NCBI RefSeq assembly: GCF_009834535.1
Contig: NC_045697.1
Coordinates: 2,234,001-2,298,000, forward strand
DNA: 64,000 nt
Direction: 5' to 3'
Source: Camelus ferus
Lineage: Eukaryota
Made by a program: the position numbers and the translations under genes
Notes under the pieces: model-generated
Database searches by the model: none
Seen by the model: the letters and a program-made list of their open reading frames with translations, nothing else
Told to the model about the DNA's origin: nothing
Shown: positions 59,076-64,000 of the stretch, piece by piece
Position numbering within the stretch: the stretch's first letter is position 1
Layout: each line of letters starts with the position of its first letter

Positions 59076-60497
59076 TTAGGGGGTCTGAGTGCCACAGCCG
59101 CTGCACCAGTCCCACCGACTGGGGGCCTTGTAAACGCGGCATGGGGAGCGCCGCCCGATGCTGTCCTGTGTCTCGGAAGCTCTTCCAAAGATGCGGTCTC
59201 TCCCCTGCCTTTGCTCGTGAGTCTGCCCTCCCTTTCTGCTCGGCGTCTGTGCCTGGCACTCGCAGGGCTGCCTTCACGATCATCACTCATTCCCAGTCGG
59301 CCTGCTACCTGCTCCCCGCAGGGTTCTGGGCCCGGCTGGACTCAGCAGGCCGCGTCGGGTCTGCACACCATGGCGTTGGTGGGTGGGTGGGGTTGGGGTC
59401 AGGGACGGTTGAAGGTGCTGCTGCTTTGCTAGGGGCGGCTGTTCTCTGAGGGTGTTTGAGACGTCAGATCACAAGTTCCATTTTTGGGCCTCCTGACCGC
59501 CAGGTACCTGCTCCTGGGGGTTCTCCCTGAGGGCCCTCCGCAGACTCCCTGTCACTGGCCTCAGCCTGCTCGTTCCACCCTTTGAAGCAGCGACTTTGAA
59601 TGTTGGTGAAAAAGAGTTGGGTCTCCTCCTCCATCAAAGCCAAGACGCATACCCCCCAAATCTTTGGGCTCCAGCCCTTCTGTGAGTGGGGACAGCTACC
59701 TTGGTGGGGGTGCGGTGCCGAGCTCTCGCTGGACCGGGCCCAGAGCCGTGTGGCCGTGGCTGTGGTCGTGTGTGTGCTGGTGTCCTGCCGCTTTGACTTG
59801 ATGCGGTTTGGCCACGTGGCCGCTGTGGTCCTGACCGTGCCAGCGTTTCACGGTCATTACTGAGGACACTGGCATTCAGATGGACAGGTCTTATCACGAC
59901 CATGTCTCTGCTGGGACGGAAGGTTGCAGCCCTGACCACCCTGCTCTTCCAAACTCACCTCCTCTCACCTTCGATCGTTCATTGACTCAAACTGCCACAT
60001 GGGAGGTCACGTGGGTGCCGTGTCCTGCTCTAGGCTCTGGGGTGGTGACAGCAGGGAGATGGCAACGTCCCAGGCCTCACGGACTAGGATCCGTGGTGAG
60101 ACCGCCGCCAGGGCCAGAGCGAACCGGCCTTTCCTGAGTCCTCCCTGCGTGCCTGGCGTCCCGGCGTCCCAGGCCCGTCTTGCGGTGGGTGAGGGCGGGA
60201 GTGGGCTCGGGGCTCTGCCACTGCCCCCTGCACACTCCTGGTGGGACCCTGCGGGGAGGAGGCCCTGCCCGTCTGTCTGTCTGTCACTGTCCCCAGCTCC
60301 CAGCCCAGGTCTGAGCCTAGCTGGCCCTGCAGCCACGAGCTCAAACCTCAGCCGGGCAGGCGGGCCAGCCCACACCTTCACGTCCCGTGACCTGTTTCCT
60401 CTCCCTTCACTGCAAAGAAGGTAAAAATAGGAACCCCTGAGCCATCAACCCACACTCCGCCCCCCACCGCCCGGAGGGAAGAGGAAACAAGGCTTCC

Positions 60498-60578
60498 GGG
60501 CTGCAGGCGCAGAGGCCCAGCCGCTGGATGGGATGGGCTGCAGGCGCAGAGGCCCAGCCGCTGGATGGGATGGGCTGC
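60498..60578. repeat. Perfect tandem duplication, 37-bp unit x2.2
   Basis: gggctgcaggcgcagaggcccagccgctggatgggat twice, plus gggctgc. Confidence 0.97.
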
Positions 60579-60579
60579 T

Positions 60580-60960
60580 TAGAGAGCCCCGGGGCGCTGC
60601 GGGTGTGCAGCAGCACCCGGCCGGGTTTGCGCCGGGCCCGGAGGCCCCGCCTCCTCCCCGCACGCGTGCACAGGCGGCCGCCCCCCCGCGAGCGCAGGCC
60701 GCGGCCGGGCCCTTTCCCGGGACGCGCTGAGCGTGCGCAGCCCCCGGACGGACGCTGGTTCGCCCGCTGCCCCGTTTCACACATGAGCCGGGCGAGGCCC
60801 CGGGGAGGCAGCAAGCCAAGCTCCACCCCCGGGCAGCGGGATCGGAGCAGGCGGGCCCTCCCTCCTCCCCACCCGACCCCCGAGGTGGCCAGGGAGGCGG
60901 GTCCGCACCTCTGTCCACGGGCCACAATCCCCACTTTCCACTGTGGCTTCCCCGCGGATG
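60580..60960. promoter_or_regulatory. CpG island, candidate promoter/enhancer
   Basis: Densest CpG segment seen in the window; GC-box-like ccccgcctcc, palindrome gcacgcgtgc, NRF1-like gcgtgcgca. Confidence 0.6.
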
Positions 60961-61599
60961 CTTTCTTTGGTGCCTTAAAACACAGGACACCCAAGTGGTG
61001 ACAAATGAAGCCCTGGGCACTTTAGTGAGAGTAGGTTCACTTTTCTTCCAAAGGAGGCACCAAGAGCAACACCCAGGCGTCAGAGTCCCCACCCTCCCTC
61101 TGCGGTTGAGAACTGAGGACCTGAGAGGGGTGGGAAGTGCCCTTAGACCTGGCACTTCGGGCGCTGGTTTGTGATTCGTCCTGAATGCTTCTCTGAATGC
61201 TTTTCCAAAACTGTTCAAAATAACACTGTCTTGGTTCAACTTCACTACCAAGTCTGCACACCCCGGCGCTTGAGGGAGGGGCCGTGCATCACGAATTCCC
61301 AACTGCTGCCGTGGGCCTGAGCCTGGCCCTGCGCCCGGGGCTGCCAGCCCCGCGGACCGAGAGTCATACCCCGACGTCCGTCCCTGGGGCGCATTGCCTG
61401 TCCACCCCCCGTGCATGTGCACACACGCACGCACACTCCCATGGACCCCATCTCCTCCAGTCCTCGTCCCCCACCCCAGCATACCTTCCTGGCGGTGCTG
61501 CCCTGACCCCCCGAAAGCCAGGCTGTCCTCCTCCACCCCCAGGGCCCTGCCATCAGCTACCCCAGCCGCCAGGGCTCCTGGCAAAGCACCTGCCTGCGG

Positions 61600-61856
61600 T
61601 CAGCCTCTGGTGAGGCCTCTCCTCCCGGCTGACCGACGTTCACCTCCCCACCTGGCCTCACACGGCCTTTCCTCTGTGCAAGAGAGGTCCGTGGTGTCTG
61701 CTCTCCTTACAATGACAGCAGTCCTCTTGGATCAGTACTCACCCTAATGATCTCGTTTTACCCTAATTACCTCCTGCAGGTTCTGGCTTCAAAGTCAGTC
61801 ATGTTGGGGGTTACAGCTTCAGACTGAATCTTGGGGACAGAGCTCAGCACACAGCA
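61600..61856 (-). mobile_element. MaLR LTR (MLT1A0-like)
   Basis: tctggtgaggcctctc...cctcacacggcctttcctctgtgca...caccctaatgatctcgttttaccctaattacctcct. Confidence 0.75.
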
Positions 61857-62827
61857 CCCCCTGCAGGTGCTGGTGCTTGAGGCGGTCCCCTCTGGTGTGT
61901 GTAAAGGGGGCAGCACCACCCCATTTGGAGGATGGGCTGAGGCCCTGGGAGAGTCCGTCCCCCATCTGTGCAATCCCAGAGCCCACGGGCCCACCCCACA
62001 CGCCCAGCATGTGGGGATGCTCGAGGCGCAGGGCGAGCAGCGGCTGACACTACGGCACCGCCCCCAGCAATCCTGGCCCTGCTGCCTCCTCTCAGTCCTG
62101 GCACGGCCCAGGGAAGGGGTGTCTAGGAGGCAGGGACTGAGCACATGGCCCCAGGGGTGTCAGACAGCGCCTGGTAATGGGAATCCACAGCCCGGCGAGT
62201 GCGGGAGCTAGGGGGTGCTGCAGACCCCGGCCTTGCCTGACCGCCCCCTGTGCCAGGGGCTTTGGAGCTGCCACTGCCCTGTGGCCTCCTGGGCAGGGAG
62301 GGGTCGCTGAGCCCAGGTTCCCATCCGGGCCCCCCTCCCTTCCTCCCCGGCCCTGACCCAGCAGACCCTCACCATCACCTTGAGGCCTCTGGGGGACCTG
62401 TTGGTAATGACCGTGATGAGACTGGAAACCAGGGTGAACCCACCAGCAGCCAGCTTCATGGGAACACCCCGGGCATGGCCCAGGCCGCTTCCCCCGGGGT
62501 CTTTCCCTGTCCCCGGGGTCCCTCTGGGGGCCAGCCTTATCCTCCCCATCTCCCGGAGGAGGAAACTGAGGCAAGGGCTAAGCCCTGTAGTACACCCGAC
62601 AGCCCTGCCTGAGGCCCCTCTTCTGAGCAGCACTGAGCTGGCGGGTCTGTGCATGGCGGGGGCCAAGCTGAGGGGGCTGCCCGCTCACACGGCTGGGGCC
62701 GGGGCCATACCTGCACCCCGGGCCTGTCGTCCCCGGATCCTCGTGCTTAACTGCTTCCCCTGGAAGGAGAGTTTTAAAAAACATTCTCTCTTCAGAAGAG
62801 TATTTACTTGTTTTGTGGGTCTCCAAG

Positions 62828-63200
62828 TGTAATGGGTTGAATTGTGGCCCCCAAAAAGCTAAGTTCAAGTCCGGAGCTCTGGAACCTGTGAAGGCGACCT
62901 TATTTGGAAATACGGTCTTTGCTGAGGTGCAATGAGCTGGGGGCTAATGCCATGGTGCTGTCCTTATAGGAAGAGGACATACACGCAGATGGAGAAGGGG
63001 TCACGGGGCAGAGGTTGGAGCGATGCAGCCACAAACCAAGACGCTGGAAGAGGCCGGGTTTCCTCCCCTGGAGCCTCTAGAGCGAGCCCAGCCCTGCCGA
63101 CCCCGGAGGTCGGACTTCTGGCCTCCAGGACCGTGAGTCAGTTCCCGTTGTGTGAAGCCCCCAGGTTGATCTGCTATGGGAGCCCTCTAGGGACCAAACT
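62828..63200 (+). mobile_element. MaLR LTR (MLT1C-like)
   Basis: tgtaatgggttgaattgtggcccccaaaa...gaccttatttggaaatacggtctttgc...ggacttctggcctccaggaccgtgag. Confidence 0.85.
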
Positions 63201-63204
63201 GAGC

Positions 63205-63385
63205 CCTGCCCCGCCCCTAGCCACCAACGTGACTGTGTTTGGAGATGGGCCTTCAGCAGGTAATTCAAATTAGGTGGGGTCATAATCCCACAGGACTGTG
63301 GCCTTGTAAGTAGAGAAAGAGTGAGAAAGATCTCCCCTCCCCCTTCTCTGCCAGGAGGGCACAGCCAGAAGGTGGCTGCCTCTCA
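63205..63385 (+). mobile_element. MaLR LTR fragment (MLT1A-like)
   Basis: caacgtgactgtgtttggagatgggcctt...gccttgtaag...cacagccagaaggtggctg. Confidence 0.7.
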
Positions 63386-64000
63386 CCAGCGCGTGAGGGC
63401 GCGGGTGTGGGCGGGGCTTGCACGTGGGCCTGCGGCAGGGGGCTCAGCGCCCGTGGGTTCAGTGCTCAGCTCCTGCAAGCGTGGGTGCTGCTGGCCTGCC
63501 CTGGAGAGGGGCCCAATGGAAGCACACCCAAAACCTGGGCGGGGAGGCTCCGCAGAGGGAGGGTGTGTCAGGGGCACTGTGTGGGGAGCCCTGGGCAGCA
63601 CCGGCCCGAATTCCCTCCTGGGGTGTGGATGCCCAAAGGTGGACTGGGGTGCGGACAAAAGGTGCACACTTTCTTCCCGGTCCTGGTGCACGACGTGCAG
63701 TGTGTCCTAGAAGACCATGCCGGGTGGCTGGCCTCCTCCAGCTGCAGAAGAAACACCTCTGCACCCTGCCCCCCAGCTCCTCCGGGAGACAGAGCGAGCC
63801 TGGGCACCAGCCCTGTCCTCTGGGCTCACAAGGCCTTGGGTGCGCTGTGCCCGAGCAGGAGAGCAGCTGGGAGGCTGAGGGACACCCTGCGCTTGAGGAG
63901 CTGCAGGCAAGTCGCTAGCTGCGCCTCAGAGCTCTTCACGACAGGGCGCTGGGCCCCCTCGCCTGGGGCTGTGGGGAGAGGGATCCACACCCCTGTCTTT

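Noticed and set aside
59600..59863. Small membrane-protein-like ORF (VAVAVVVCVLVS)
   Set aside because: Hydrophobicity derives from GT-rich low-complexity sequence; no motif support
60445..61584. Longest ORF (379 aa, minus strand)
   Set aside because: Crosses the CpG island and tandem duplication; low-complexity composition and no homology that I recognise
1..64000. Hundreds of 60-380 aa ORFs in the six-frame track
   Set aside because: Pro/Gly/Arg/Ala-rich, overlapping on both strands, often starting at non-ATG codons, with no recognisable domains; expected by chance in GC-rich DNA

Overview
Mammalian genomic DNA, most likely camelid, judged from two tRNA-derived SINEs and L1 3' ends resembling camel/alpaca elements. 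It is GC-rich (H-isochore/subtelomeric-type) and appears intergenic or intronic. I cannot support any intact protein-coding gene, rRNA, tRNA or CRISPR array. Nearly all ORFs in the track look like chance ORFs in GC-rich DNA. The protein-like ORFs are LINE-1 relics (ORF1 and ORF2 EN/RT/C-terminus). The window is a mosaic of old and young L1s, MLT1 and MLT2 LTRs, an ERV1-type solo LTR with a perfect 4-bp TSD, DNA-transposon fossils (Tigger4-, MER20-, MER58A-like), MIR/L2, SINEs with TSDs, microsatellites, a 40-bp minisatellite and two CpG-rich islands (~26 kb, ~60.7 kb). The most interesting leads are: a decayed Gypsy/GIN-type integrase zinc-binding domain at ~51 kb; a probable twin-primed L1 insertion with a 3' transduction at 44.3-44.9 kb; strong AT-to-GC drift of old repeats; and several candidate enhancers. 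Repeat subfamily names come from recalled consensus sequences, not a search, and most boundaries are approximate unless a TSD is given. No new biological system is firmly established from sequence alone.
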